Shown here: piece by piece, positions 29,919 through 38,581 of the stretch
Layout: every line of letters starts with the position of its first letter
How positions within the stretch are numbered: position 1 is the first letter of the stretch
From: an uncultured Bacteriovoracaceae bacterium
GTDB taxonomy: Bacteria; Bdellovibrionota; UBA2428
Assembly (NCBI GenBank): GCA_964477895.1
Contig: CAYZFQ010000001.1
Location: forward strand, 343,750-407,749
DNA length: 64,000 nt
Reading direction: 5' to 3'
Position numbers and translations under genes: made by a program
The notes under the pieces: generated by a model
What the model was told of the DNA's origin: nothing
Seen by the model: only the letters and a program-made list of their open reading frames with translations
Database searches by the model: none

Positions 29919-29940
29919 TTCACGCAATCTTAATATTTGC
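29919..29940. promoter_or_regulatory. conserved motif TTCACGCAATCTTAAT (copy 1; GCAATCTTAA also at 29902) upstream of CHAP-like gene
   Basis: Identical 16-mer at 31362..31377 upstream of the metalloprotease gene. Each copy is followed by a C-run and a TACAAT/TATAAT -10-like hexamer. Confidence 0.4.
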
Positions 29941-29968
29941 CCCCACTTTTTTACGTACAATAGAAGAG

Positions 29969-30892
29969 GTGAAAAACATCGGGCTATCTATTTCTAAGGC
30001 CAGCCTAGGATTGATTTTTCTATTTGCAGTTGAGGAAGCGGCACAGACAAGTCCGGTTGAGGCCATTAGGCGGGGAAACACTCAAGAGGTGGTGACGGCG
30101 GCAAGAGAAGGCGCTCAGAATGTGATCGAGATTTCAAAAAGAGCACCCAAGTCTTCTTCACGTTCACCAGCGGCTTCAAAAGTTCCGAGTAAAAAATCAC
30201 CAAAGAAAAAGGCGAGTTCTGTGGGGGAGCCTGACGGCGGTCCTCCCACTTCGTCGGCAACCTTTAATTTTCAAGATGCCCAAGAGGTCGAGGATTCAGA
30301 CGACAGTCCACGATCTTCCAGCCGCTCGTCCGGCTTTTTTTCTAATTTCGGGCAAAGGTCTGGACACAGGAGCACCCCTAGCGGCGATAGTGATATCAAC
30401 GGCGAAGATAGAGAATCTTCCAAAGATGCTTGGAAGAACTTTAAAGGTGGAAAGTATCCCAATCTCGATCGCTTATTTGATTCTGCAATTAGGCTGTCTC
30501 GAGGAAAGTTTCCAAGAAATATGTGTTACCGAGCTGTAAAGCATATGCTCTACGATGCCGGCTGTTTACCCAATCAAAGCTTACAGAGTAACGATGCCCG
30601 TCGAGCTATTAATTTTTTAAATAACGTCAATAAGTTTCCGGGGCACTTTCAAAAAATCAGCGTTCGTAGTCCGGAGGCGGCGCCTCCCGGAGCTATTCTA
30701 GTTTTCGCTTTTGCTGGAAAAAGCTGTTCTACGACTATGAGACACTCAAAGTTTGCTGGGCACATCGAGATTAAGTCACCGGTAGGGTATCATCACTTCT
30801 CCACCCGCAGTGGGGCCTTTGGTCGTCAGTTGTGTGGAGCTTATATGCCCCTTAAGTGTGGTACTTATGGATCTAAGAAAGGAAAGCGATGA
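29969..30892 (+). CDS. secreted protein with disordered S/P/K-rich N-terminal half and C-terminal CHAP-like Cys/His peptidoglycan amidase/peptidase domain, 307 aa
   Basis: Signal peptide. Putative catalytic Cys in NMCYRAVKHML and His in AGHIEIKS about 75 aa later, the spacing and context typical of CHAP. Confidence 0.4.
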   Translation: MKNIGLSISKASLGLIFLFAVEEAAQTSPVEAIRRGNTQEVVTAAREGAQNVIEISKRAPKSSSRSPAASKVPSKKSPKKKASSVGEPDGGPPTSSATFNFQDAQEVEDSDDSPRSSSRSSGFFSNFGQRSGHRSTPSGDSDINGEDRESSKDAWKNFKGGKYPNLDRLFDSAIRLSRGKFPRNMCYRAVKHMLYDAGCLPNQSLQSNDARRAINFLNNVNKFPGHFQKISVRSPEAAPPGAILVFAFAGKSCSTTMRHSKFAGHIEIKSPVGYHHFSTRSGAFGRQLCGAYMPLKCGTYGSKKGKR

Positions 30893-31335
30893 AAGCTCTA
30901 AAAGTCATTATTCTCGGACTCCTTCTAAACTCCTCAGCATTTGCCCAGTCTCTTATGCAATTAAGGACCGAGGCTGGTGTTTTAGAGGCGGGACTAGAAC
31001 ACATTTTAGAAAAGAAAAAAGAGGAGCGAGCGGCCGGTATTCAAGCCATCGTCACTCGTTCTGTAGAAGTCCTTTCTAAAGCCGTTGAGGAAATGGAGAA
31101 AAGACCACCTGAGCCCTTGGTTTTGGAAAAATTCCTATCCCTTGCCCTAAAAATCAATCGCTACGAGGGAACTCTAGCGATGGCCGAAGTCTTTGTTCCT
31201 ATCTACGAGACAAAGGAACAAATTGCTTTGTTGGATTCTGTCCTTAGGCTTAAGAAATTCGACTCTAAAGAAGTGAAAAAATTTCGCGAAGAACTTAAGG
31301 CTAAGCGTCTCGAAGCTACCGAAGGAAACGGCTAA
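30889..31335 (+). CDS. secreted all-helical protein, 148 aa, translationally coupled to the CHAP-like gene
   Basis: Its ATG overlaps the upstream TGA (ATGA). Signal peptide LLLNSSAFAQS. Possible inhibitor/immunity partner (inference). Confidence 0.55.
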   Translation: MKALKVIILGLLLNSSAFAQSLMQLRTEAGVLEAGLEHILEKKKEERAAGIQAIVTRSVEVLSKAVEEMEKRPPEPLVLEKFLSLALKINRYEGTLAMAEVFVPIYETKEQIALLDSVLRLKKFDSKEVKKFREELKAKRLEATEGNG

Positions 31336-31361
31336 AAGTTCTTCAGTTTTTCTTTCGTAAC

Positions 31362-31377
31362 TTCACGCAATCTTAAT
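31362..31377. promoter_or_regulatory. conserved motif TTCACGCAATCTTAAT (copy 2) upstream of metalloprotease gene
   Basis: Exact 16/16 match to 29922..29937. Confidence 0.4.
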
Positions 31378-31412
31378 TATTTTTTAGCCCCTACTACCCG
31401 TATAATGACGTA

Positions 31413-33194
31413 GTGCGTTACGGAATTTCTATGGCAATTTTATTGGGTGCAATCCTCTCAGGTTGTGGCCAAAGCAAACTCTCCAAGCAGTTCAACTCGG
31501 CCGCAAAAAAGCAAAGCGACTTAGATAGCATGCAACTGGAACTTTTTAGGCGCAGTCCCACTATTGATGGGGCAAATTTTAGTCTTACAGCTCGGAGCAA
31601 TATCGATGGAGTCCCGCGCTCACCTATCAGCTTTCCCAACTTAAAATCAGTTACGGGAACTCTTCAGAGCTCGCAATTTGATGTGGTTGACGACTTAGCA
31701 CAACAGTATTCACCAAGTTTTTTTACCTGGGCTGGCAAACTAGTTCCTAACTTTAGTTCGGATTTTCGCACCCTCATGGCTTACTCCCACCTCCAAAAAG
31801 CTTACAACTATGCCCAGGGAGTTCTTGGCTCTTCTTATAATTTGGAAGATCCAATTTACGATCCCAACAGCACAAGTACGGCAGAAACCTTTCATGTCTT
31901 TCCCCTCATTGTTGAAGCCAACAAAGTGGGCGACGCCACTCAGACTCAGTACGATTATCTCAATCGGAGCATACTTTTTTACCGAGACTATATCGAAACT
32001 CGCTATGCTACCGCCGATGAAGCCGATGTGATTTATCATGAGTTTGGGCACGTGGTGCAGCATGTGATCAACCCCCTTCTTTTCGTCGTGCCCGGCAATC
32101 GTGACCTCAATGCCATGTATGAAGGCCTTAGCGACTTTTTTGCCGCAGCTGTTGCTCGCGACGATAAAGTTTTGACTTATCTTGAGAGCAATTCCCCACC
32201 GCTTTTTTCAGATACTAATCAGCAGGGTCCCATTCACTCTCGTAGGATAGATAATAACCTTGCCTTCCCTGCGGCCTTCACCGGAGCCCATCACTTAGAC
32301 GGAAGAGTGCTGGCCAGTGCCCTTAACGAGTTTAGAAAGTATCTTCAGGGCAGCGGCATGGGTGAAGAGGCCGCCTGGGACAATACCTTTAAACTTTCCC
32401 ATACGGCCCTTAACCTGATGACTTCCAACTTGAGTTTTCGTGGTTACAGCAGCGCTCTTATTTCGCAATGTGGAAGCTTGAGTTGGTGTGACGCCACCAA
32501 GTCGTCCGTACTTTCGAGAATTCTTACAGAACGAGGTATACGCCTAGCCACGCTCAGTGCCCCTGTGACAACGGCACTGCCTATGTATGAAAGTCCAAGT
32601 TCGGGACTTTCTCTAAACTCTGTCCCACTTGGCTTTATGGAAATTCCCGGGCTCTCCAATCAAAACGGAAAGGTGGATCCCTGTGAGGTGGTCCTCATTT
32701 ATCCTAACGTCAAGGGTCACTCCACCCACGAGCTGACCAACGCCACCATGCAACTTCTCAATCTAGCGGCGCCCATTGGCTTTACGCCTTATTCGGCAAG
32801 AAACTCTGCTGGAGACGTGGGATCCGTGGAGCGAAACTGGATAGGTGAGCAGGTCACCAACAGCGGTGTGGTTCCGGCGCACTATACAAACATTACGCTA
32901 AAAGATTTTCCACGTTTGGCTCCCGGGGAAAACTATTCCGCACTGGCTTCCAATTTGAATTCGCGTCTGTACCAGACCCAGCAGAAGGCCTACTTTTCTC
33001 GCCGACCGAGCTCTACTACTTTTCCGGCGACTACGGGATGGATGGTGCGGGCGACTCAGGGTCAGGCCCGGATCCAGGCTAACTTTAAGATGATTGCTCG
33101 GTCGGCTTCTTCGCTTAATGACGTCTACGGAGCGCAGACTTTTAGTCAGCAGGTTACGATTGAGTCTACGAGTCCGCCGGTGAGCTGCAATTGA
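31413..33194 (+). CDS. thermolysin-like (M4/M36 gluzincin) zinc metalloprotease lipoprotein, 593 aa
   Basis: Lipobox LSGC. HEXXH in VIYHEFGHVVQH, and a downstream Glu motif MYEGLSDFF resembling the third zinc ligand (NEAFSD/EGWSD). Confidence 0.65.
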   Translation: MRYGISMAILLGAILSGCGQSKLSKQFNSAAKKQSDLDSMQLELFRRSPTIDGANFSLTARSNIDGVPRSPISFPNLKSVTGTLQSSQFDVVDDLAQQYSPSFFTWAGKLVPNFSSDFRTLMAYSHLQKAYNYAQGVLGSSYNLEDPIYDPNSTSTAETFHVFPLIVEANKVGDATQTQYDYLNRSILFYRDYIETRYATADEADVIYHEFGHVVQHVINPLLFVVPGNRDLNAMYEGLSDFFAAAVARDDKVLTYLESNSPPLFSDTNQQGPIHSRRIDNNLAFPAAFTGAHHLDGRVLASALNEFRKYLQGSGMGEEAAWDNTFKLSHTALNLMTSNLSFRGYSSALISQCGSLSWCDATKSSVLSRILTERGIRLATLSAPVTTALPMYESPSSGLSLNSVPLGFMEIPGLSNQNGKVDPCEVVLIYPNVKGHSTHELTNATMQLLNLAAPIGFTPYSARNSAGDVGSVERNWIGEQVTNSGVVPAHYTNITLKDFPRLAPGENYSALASNLNSRLYQTQQKAYFSRRPSSTTFPATTGWMVRATQGQARIQANFKMIARSASSLNDVYGAQTFSQQVTIESTSPPVSCN

Positions 33195-33195
33195 T

Positions 33196-34425
33196 ATGCG
33201 CGTCCGACTTTGGATGTTTTTTCTTTCAGCTCTTGCAAGTAATTTTACTGGGGCTCAGACCACTCACAATAATTCAAATGGTGATTTAAAAAACGAAGCC
33301 CGAGCTTCAATTGCAGCTCGCTTTGGCAAGCCCGTTTTTTGTGAGAATCCGGAGCCCTTTAAGGCGAAGCCTCGGCAAATGCTATCGGGAGTTCTTTCCG
33401 TAGTTGCCCCCCACAATTTACAAATGGAAAACGCCGAACCCTACTTTTATGCCCGGCGAATTGAGGGCAAGGGTCTACGAGTGTACTATCACGACGCGCG
33501 ACGAATCGAATCTCCTAGCACTTTGGTGGCCTACTTAGCGGACTCTGACTCAAATGGGGAGATCCAGCAAATTCTCTTTGTTCGGGGTAATCAGCGGGAG
33601 ATTAAGCTCGCAAAAATGCTAGATCTCGGGGCGGGCCTTTCTTCGGACCAAGAGGAAGCTGCGCCCTTTCGTGAAAAATTAGACAATATGGGAAAAAATT
33701 TTTTCAGAGTCGAAAACGCACCTAATGCCCACGGTCAGAAAGCCTTAAGTGAGCCAGAGCGAGAAAAAATCGCGGCTTGTTCCAATATGGATGATCTCAT
33801 GCGAGCGGTTGTAAGCGCGGGCAAGAGTGTGGGATGGAAGCCCTCAATGGCAGTAGACGATGGAGCCGGCGAGGATTTAGTTCGTGCTATTGGTGTGAAG
33901 TTCGCCAACCCTGCTCATTCCTACCTTGGGGCTCCCGCGCGCTTTGTGGGATCGGTTATAGACTTGGGCGAGGCCCGTAATGATTTTGTGGAGAATGAGA
34001 AAAAATGGGTAAAGAATGCGAAAATGGACGGAGCTTTGTCTGTTATCCCGCAGGGTGTTCAGCGAAATCTAGCTAAAGTCATGCTGCTGGACACTGCCCT
34101 ACAAAATGAAGCTAGCATTAGAACAGGCGCAAACTTTGTCGCCTCTATGGGGACAGGGATCGTGGGCAAAGGCAAAGCATTTATTAAAAGTGATTGGGAT
34201 GAAATGCAGCAGGTCGTTACAAATTCTGCAGCTGACCTCATATTTATCGGTGGAATTATAAAAATGGCTACCCCTCATGTGAAAGCTCCAAAAATAAACC
34301 TTCGTAAAACACCCGTCGTGAGTCAGGCCGCCGTTATAGATCAGACGGTGAACAATGTGGACCGACTCGGAAATACTGTGGGAGTGGGTGAAGAAGAGCG
34401 AGAAGCCAAGGAGCCTGCTCGTTAA
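33196..34425 (+). CDS. hypothetical secreted protein, 409 aa (same operon as the metalloprotease)
   Basis: Signal peptide. Starts 2 nt after the metalloprotease stop. Confidence 0.55.
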   Translation: MRVRLWMFFLSALASNFTGAQTTHNNSNGDLKNEARASIAARFGKPVFCENPEPFKAKPRQMLSGVLSVVAPHNLQMENAEPYFYARRIEGKGLRVYYHDARRIESPSTLVAYLADSDSNGEIQQILFVRGNQREIKLAKMLDLGAGLSSDQEEAAPFREKLDNMGKNFFRVENAPNAHGQKALSEPEREKIAACSNMDDLMRAVVSAGKSVGWKPSMAVDDGAGEDLVRAIGVKFANPAHSYLGAPARFVGSVIDLGEARNDFVENEKKWVKNAKMDGALSVIPQGVQRNLAKVMLLDTALQNEASIRTGANFVASMGTGIVGKGKAFIKSDWDEMQQVVTNSAADLIFIGGIIKMATPHVKAPKINLRKTPVVSQAAVIDQTVNNVDRLGNTVGVGEEEREAKEPAR

Positions 34426-34495
34426 CGAATTCTTAACACTTCGCTAACCGTATCTTGTTTGGATTGCTTCTATGCTCAACCACTACAATAGATAA

Positions 34496-35821
34496 ATGAA
34501 GGATATTTCCCGTCTTTTCTATTTGGGATTATTCGTTTTTGCGCCGGCACTTCGTGCCCAAGATACACCTGTGTTGGATAATACTAATAACGATGAGGTG
34601 GTTGAGAAGGCCAAAAAGGACGCCGAAGAGAGTGTGGCAAATCTTGAGAAGAATAAACAGAAGTTAGATGAAGCCGCTCAAGCCGGTGAATCGCTCCGCG
34701 AAAAACTTAAAGAATCTTTTTCTAAGTCTAAGGGTGGGGGCAGTAAGGACTCCGGCAATTCCGATAAGGAAGCGGGCGGAGCTGGAGCTCCGGCAGGAAC
34801 AACTACAGGCACTGGACATGGCAAAGCCGATGAGAATGGCGAAGCTATGGCTCCCCGCAAAGACGGCTCTACAGGTTATTACGCAGAATCGAAGGACCCC
34901 TCCGAAGTCATGGGTCCCAAAGAAGCCTACCGAAAACAAAACTTTAAAGGTCCGGCTGAATCTAACTTAAACTGGGAAGAAATAAGCGCACGACGCAGAG
35001 CTCGTTCGGACGCCCCCTTTGAACTCGGTTCGGACGCACTCAATGAATTTAAAGATGTGAATTGTGAAAATGGACAGTTCCCCCAGAACTCCCTTCAATT
35101 TATGTTGGAGGCGGGCCGAAATCGCCTAGAACAAGAGGGCAATCCCTCGGCCGAACGGTGTCGGATGGTCGGAGCCCAAGTTGCCAAACTGGCGGGTATG
35201 GCCGAAGGAGAAAGTAGTTTTAACTTTTCCTGCCTAACTTTGCACGGATCGGAAAAAGAGTCTGGTCGAGCAGGCTTTCGCTCCGTTTACACCCCCGACA
35301 ATAAACGATGGCAAATGTCTTCCTATGCATCTTATAAAAATGCACTCTCTGAGTTTGGTGGGAGTGTTAACCACACCACCAACAATGGGGTGATGCAGAT
35401 TTCTCCAGATCAGTTTATTCGTAAGGGAGCTACAGAACTTCTGGATTTCTACTCAAGCGGAAGTCCCGACGAAATCCTGAAAAAGTGTGGAACCGGTCGA
35501 GCATTCCATGACAGCGCCGATGCTCTGGCTGGAGAAATTGAAGAGTTAGCTGGACGTCGTACTTTGATGTTCAAGGAAAGAAATGGTCAAAAAATCTACA
35601 CTAACTTCGCTCGGAGCGCGCGCGACGTAAGTAGATGGCTAACCATATGTCCTGCCCTGAACTTTGCTATGGCTCAAATAATTTTAGATGACTACGGGTA
35701 CTCAGGCGGAGATTCATCCAAAATTCGAGCCTATTTCGGCACGGCCGCCAAAAAACCTCGTTGTGAACAAGTCATCCAACAAGCCCTCTGCGGCAGCTCA
35801 GGCCAGCTAGCAAGTAATTAG
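34496..35821 (+). CDS. hypothetical secreted protein, 441 aa, with charged low-complexity N-terminal region
   Basis: Signal peptide LFVFAPALRAQ, then a K/E/G-rich tract, then a Cys-containing globular part. Confidence 0.55.
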   Translation: MKDISRLFYLGLFVFAPALRAQDTPVLDNTNNDEVVEKAKKDAEESVANLEKNKQKLDEAAQAGESLREKLKESFSKSKGGGSKDSGNSDKEAGGAGAPAGTTTGTGHGKADENGEAMAPRKDGSTGYYAESKDPSEVMGPKEAYRKQNFKGPAESNLNWEEISARRRARSDAPFELGSDALNEFKDVNCENGQFPQNSLQFMLEAGRNRLEQEGNPSAERCRMVGAQVAKLAGMAEGESSFNFSCLTLHGSEKESGRAGFRSVYTPDNKRWQMSSYASYKNALSEFGGSVNHTTNNGVMQISPDQFIRKGATELLDFYSSGSPDEILKKCGTGRAFHDSADALAGEIEELAGRRTLMFKERNGQKIYTNFARSARDVSRWLTICPALNFAMAQIILDDYGYSGGDSSKIRAYFGTAAKKPRCEQVIQQALCGSSGQLASN

Positions 35822-35860
35822 CCCAGGCGCGTTAAGGTCCTCAATATTTTCGCAAGATCG

Positions 35861-35877
35861 CCGATAAGAGATATCGG
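35861..35877. promoter_or_regulatory. inverted repeat CCGATA-N5-TATCGG overlapping a GCCGATAA (sigma-28 -10-like) octamer, just upstream of flp1 SD
   Basis: Read directly. Candidate operator or FliA-type element for the pilin operon. Confidence 0.3.
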
Positions 35878-35891
35878 AAGGGGAGATAGAT

Positions 35892-36077
35892 ATGAACGTT
35901 AAGAAGAACAAAAAAAGAGGCCAAACTTCGGTGGAGTACATTCTCATTATCGGAGTCATTGTGGGCGTGATTATGCTTTTCGGAAAAACATTCCGTGAAA
36001 AAATCGCGGTTATCACGGATGGTCTTTTCTCGAACATCAACAGCAATATTCAGAGCAGCACCAACCCCGGAGGTTGA
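35892..36077 (+). CDS. flp: Flp/Fap-family type IVb pilin 1, 61 aa
   Basis: Basic leader then G/QTSVEYILIIGVIVGVIML: the Flp motif, with a prepilin-peptidase site after Gly and the conserved E-Y. Confidence 0.8.
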   Translation: MNVKKNKKRGQTSVEYILIIGVIVGVIMLFGKTFREKIAVITDGLFSNINSNIQSSTNPGG

Positions 36078-36078
36078 T

Positions 36079-36264
36079 GTGAAAAAACGAAAAGGACAGG
36101 CTCTTATCGAGTATGTCCTTCTCGTTGCCCTGCTTTCTACCGCGACATTGGTCTACGTGAAATTTTACGGCAAAGAAGTGTTGGGGAATGGTCTTAGGGC
36201 TTTGAAGGGGAGGATGGGGGATTGTATCTCTCATACGAATCGACAATGCAAATCTGGCCAATAA
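36079..36264 (+). CDS. flp: Flp-family pilin 2, about 62 aa from GTG 36079
   Basis: KKRKG/QALIEYVLLVALLSTATL. GGAGG lies 5 nt upstream of the GTG. The track ORF start at 35995 overlaps flp1. Confidence 0.7.
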   Translation: MKKRKGQALIEYVLLVALLSTATLVYVKFYGKEVLGNGLRALKGRMGDCISHTNRQCKSGQ

Positions 36265-36524
36265 AGAAGAAGCGAAAAAAGAATAAACGCAGCGGTCAGA
36301 CCGCCGTGGAATATATTCTGCTTCTGGCCGTTCTCACGAGTGTCCTTGTAGCAGGTCGCAAAGCTATGATGGAACCCCTCAATCAATTTTTTTCGATTTA
36401 CGTGCGCGGTTTTTCCAATACCTATAATCCCGAGACTTCCGCATCCACAGGCGGCAAAGATTTTACCCTTTATTACCTCAACGGCGGCTCCCCTGCCCCT
36501 ACCTCCACGGTCAAGGTACGTTGA
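36246..36524 (+). CDS. flp: Flp-family pilin 3 with C-terminal extension, about 92 aa
   Basis: KRSG/QTAVEYILLLAVLTSVLV. Start assigned at the internal ATG 36246. Confidence 0.6.
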   Translation: MQIWPIKKKRKKNKRSGQTAVEYILLLAVLTSVLVAGRKAMMEPLNQFFSIYVRGFSNTYNPETSASTGGKDFTLYYLNGGSPAPTSTVKVR

Positions 36525-36525
36525 T

Positions 36526-37146
36526 ATGAAAGGCGCATCTTCACGTTCTAAAAGCGGCCAAACAGTTATTGAGTTTTCTTTTGTTATTATTCTTTTTGTT
36601 TTTATGATGATGGTCACCATCAATGCGGTGATTGCCTTTTGCACCCACCAGTACGTATCTTATGCCGTTTTTATGTCGGCTCGGGCCTACCAGGCTGCGG
36701 GGGGCACGGCCGACGAATCTCACACCCGAGCTGTGGCAGCTCTTCAATCCTACCTACCGGGCATTCCCGACGACAGCGGTGAAGGCCTTAGTATTCCTCT
36801 CACCATGCCGGGGATGGCCAAGCCCATTGCCACTATCGAGGGCGTGAACGTGCGTTCCCCCCAGCTTTATGACTATGGCCCCGCTGGTGAAATCGCAAAC
36901 GTAGAAATTTATGTGGATTTTTCTGTTCCTTTTGTGGACCTCCCCTTAGGACCGGAAATGCGGGCGCGGTTCGGAAAAATTCCTCTCCGGGCCAGTTCAT
37001 TTTTTGGCCGAGAAGCCTCACAGCAAGAATGCCAAGCTTTTTTTAAAAGATTCTTAGAGTCTTTTAAGATTTCCGGAGAAGTCGCGGGAGCTTACGAGAA
37101 CTTTTCCTCGGAGTTTTTTGGAAATATGGAGGACAACGGATGTTGA
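36526..37146 (+). CDS. tadE: TadE-like pseudopilin, 206 aa
   Basis: N-terminus SKSGQTVIEFSFVIILFVFMMM, as in the TadE/TadG N-terminal domain. Confidence 0.65.
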   Translation: MKGASSRSKSGQTVIEFSFVIILFVFMMMVTINAVIAFCTHQYVSYAVFMSARAYQAAGGTADESHTRAVAALQSYLPGIPDDSGEGLSIPLTMPGMAKPIATIEGVNVRSPQLYDYGPAGEIANVEIYVDFSVPFVDLPLGPEMRARFGKIPLRASSFFGREASQQECQAFFKRFLESFKISGEVAGAYENFSSEFFGNMEDNGC

Positions 37147-37604
37147 TCACTTCAAAAAAAGGCCAGGCCATTACAGAGTTTCTTCCGGCCTGCATTATTT
37201 TATTTATGGTGATGACGGCCGCCCTTTCGTATTACCGGGTGATGCGCGCGGCTTCCATTCGCCAAGAAGTGGTGCGCAATTTGACCTTTGCTAAAATTCG
37301 CAATTCTGGACCTCTCACCACCACACCCGACCAACTCGCCGGTGGTTCAGGGTCGGGACTTCCGCGACTTAACATGGAGCGCATCAGCGTTTCCGGTGGG
37401 CGCAATGCCATTGCCGAGACTCCGGTGATGAATGCCGGAAATCACGACTTTATTCGCTTTGATTCCAACTGTTTCACCGTTTATCCGGCGGATCCCAAGG
37501 TCACGATAAAACTGGGTCCCCTCATGATGGCCGGTGACCTAGGGGATTTAGATTTTAGCACCTACGCCGTGATGTACCGGGGCCCGGGGGGCGGCTGTCC
37601 TTAG
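37140..37604 (+). CDS. TadE/TadF-like pseudopilin, 154 aa
   Basis: KKGQAITEFLPACIILFMVM N-terminal motif. Overlaps the previous gene by 7 nt. Confidence 0.6.
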   Translation: MLITSKKGQAITEFLPACIILFMVMTAALSYYRVMRAASIRQEVVRNLTFAKIRNSGPLTTTPDQLAGGSGSGLPRLNMERISVSGGRNAIAETPVMNAGNHDFIRFDSNCFTVYPADPKVTIKLGPLMMAGDLGDLDFSTYAVMYRGPGGGCP

Positions 37605-37662
37605 GCCAATTTAAGAATTTTCCGAAAAGTTCCGACAAGAACTTGAAAGAAATGGGGGATTT

Positions 37663-38580
37663 GTGAACCAGTCGAGAGCCTTCTTGATGAGCATCGTGTT
37701 TGCCGGCCTCGCCATGCTTTTGGTTTACTTTTACGTTTCCGAGCGTGAGAGCAGCATTTCCGCCGAATACGGCACGCCCATTGCGGTGATCGTTGCCGCC
37801 AAAGACATCAACGAGTTCGAAGAAATTCAGCAAAGCATGTTGGCCGTAAAAGTCGTGCCCATGAAATTTGCTCAGCCAGGCGCTTACAACATGATCAAAT
37901 CGGGTAAGACCGAAAAACTTTCGCAGTTTACGGTAGAAACTTTTGTGGGCGCCGTGGCTTCGGCTCCCATTCGTAAGGGTGAGCAGGTCCTCTTAAATAA
38001 AGTTTTACTCAAGGGCGTGGAAACAGGCTTGGCCTCACAAGTCGCCATTTCGCGCCGAGCTCTTTCGATTCCCGTGAACGACACCACGGGAGTGACTAAA
38101 CTTTTAAAACCCGGCGACCGCGTGGATCTTATCGCGAGCGTTCAGTACAAGGGTCAGGGCGGTCAGGAATCTGAAGTTAAAACCCTCATGCAAAACGTTC
38201 ACGTTTTGGCCGTGGGTGAAGTGATCCAAAATAAAATTCCTACAGCCTTTGAAGTGGATCCTCTTTCAGGAACCCGAAAGGCTTTGAACCTTCGGGGGAG
38301 CCGCCAGTTCGGAACCATCACCGTAGAGGTCACCCCCGGCGAAGCTCAAAATATTATATGGGCTCTTCAAAACGGTTCTGAAATTTATACCAGCCTTCGA
38401 AATCCCGTAGATCGTGTGGTGGCCTCCGTCCCCACATCAACTGTGGACGAAGTCTTGGGACCTAACTCCAAAAAGGCCGAGCGGGAGCGAGTCAAACCCG
38501 TTATCAAGCCCGTGGAAAAAGCTCCGCCTCCGCCACCGCCTTCCAGCTTCAGCAACTCGGGTGGGGGATTATTTAAATAA
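37663..38580 (+). CDS. cpaB: Flp pilus assembly protein CpaB/RcpC, 305 aa
   Basis: N-terminal TM anchor then SAF/beta-rich domains. Gene order conserved with the Tad locus. C-terminal PPPPPPSS tract. Confidence 0.75.
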   Translation: MNQSRAFLMSIVFAGLAMLLVYFYVSERESSISAEYGTPIAVIVAAKDINEFEEIQQSMLAVKVVPMKFAQPGAYNMIKSGKTEKLSQFTVETFVGAVASAPIRKGEQVLLNKVLLKGVETGLASQVAISRRALSIPVNDTTGVTKLLKPGDRVDLIASVQYKGQGGQESEVKTLMQNVHVLAVGEVIQNKIPTAFEVDPLSGTRKALNLRGSRQFGTITVEVTPGEAQNIIWALQNGSEIYTSLRNPVDRVVASVPTSTVDEVLGPNSKKAERERVKPVIKPVEKAPPPPPPSSFSNSGGGLFK

Positions 38581-38581
38581 T

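Noticed and set aside
36222-36245. Longer start for flp3 at 36222 (MYLSYEST...)
   Set aside because: It would overlap flp2 by 43 nt. Flp prepilins normally begin with a short basic leader directly before the G/Q-T-x-V-E-Y motif, which favours ATG 36246.
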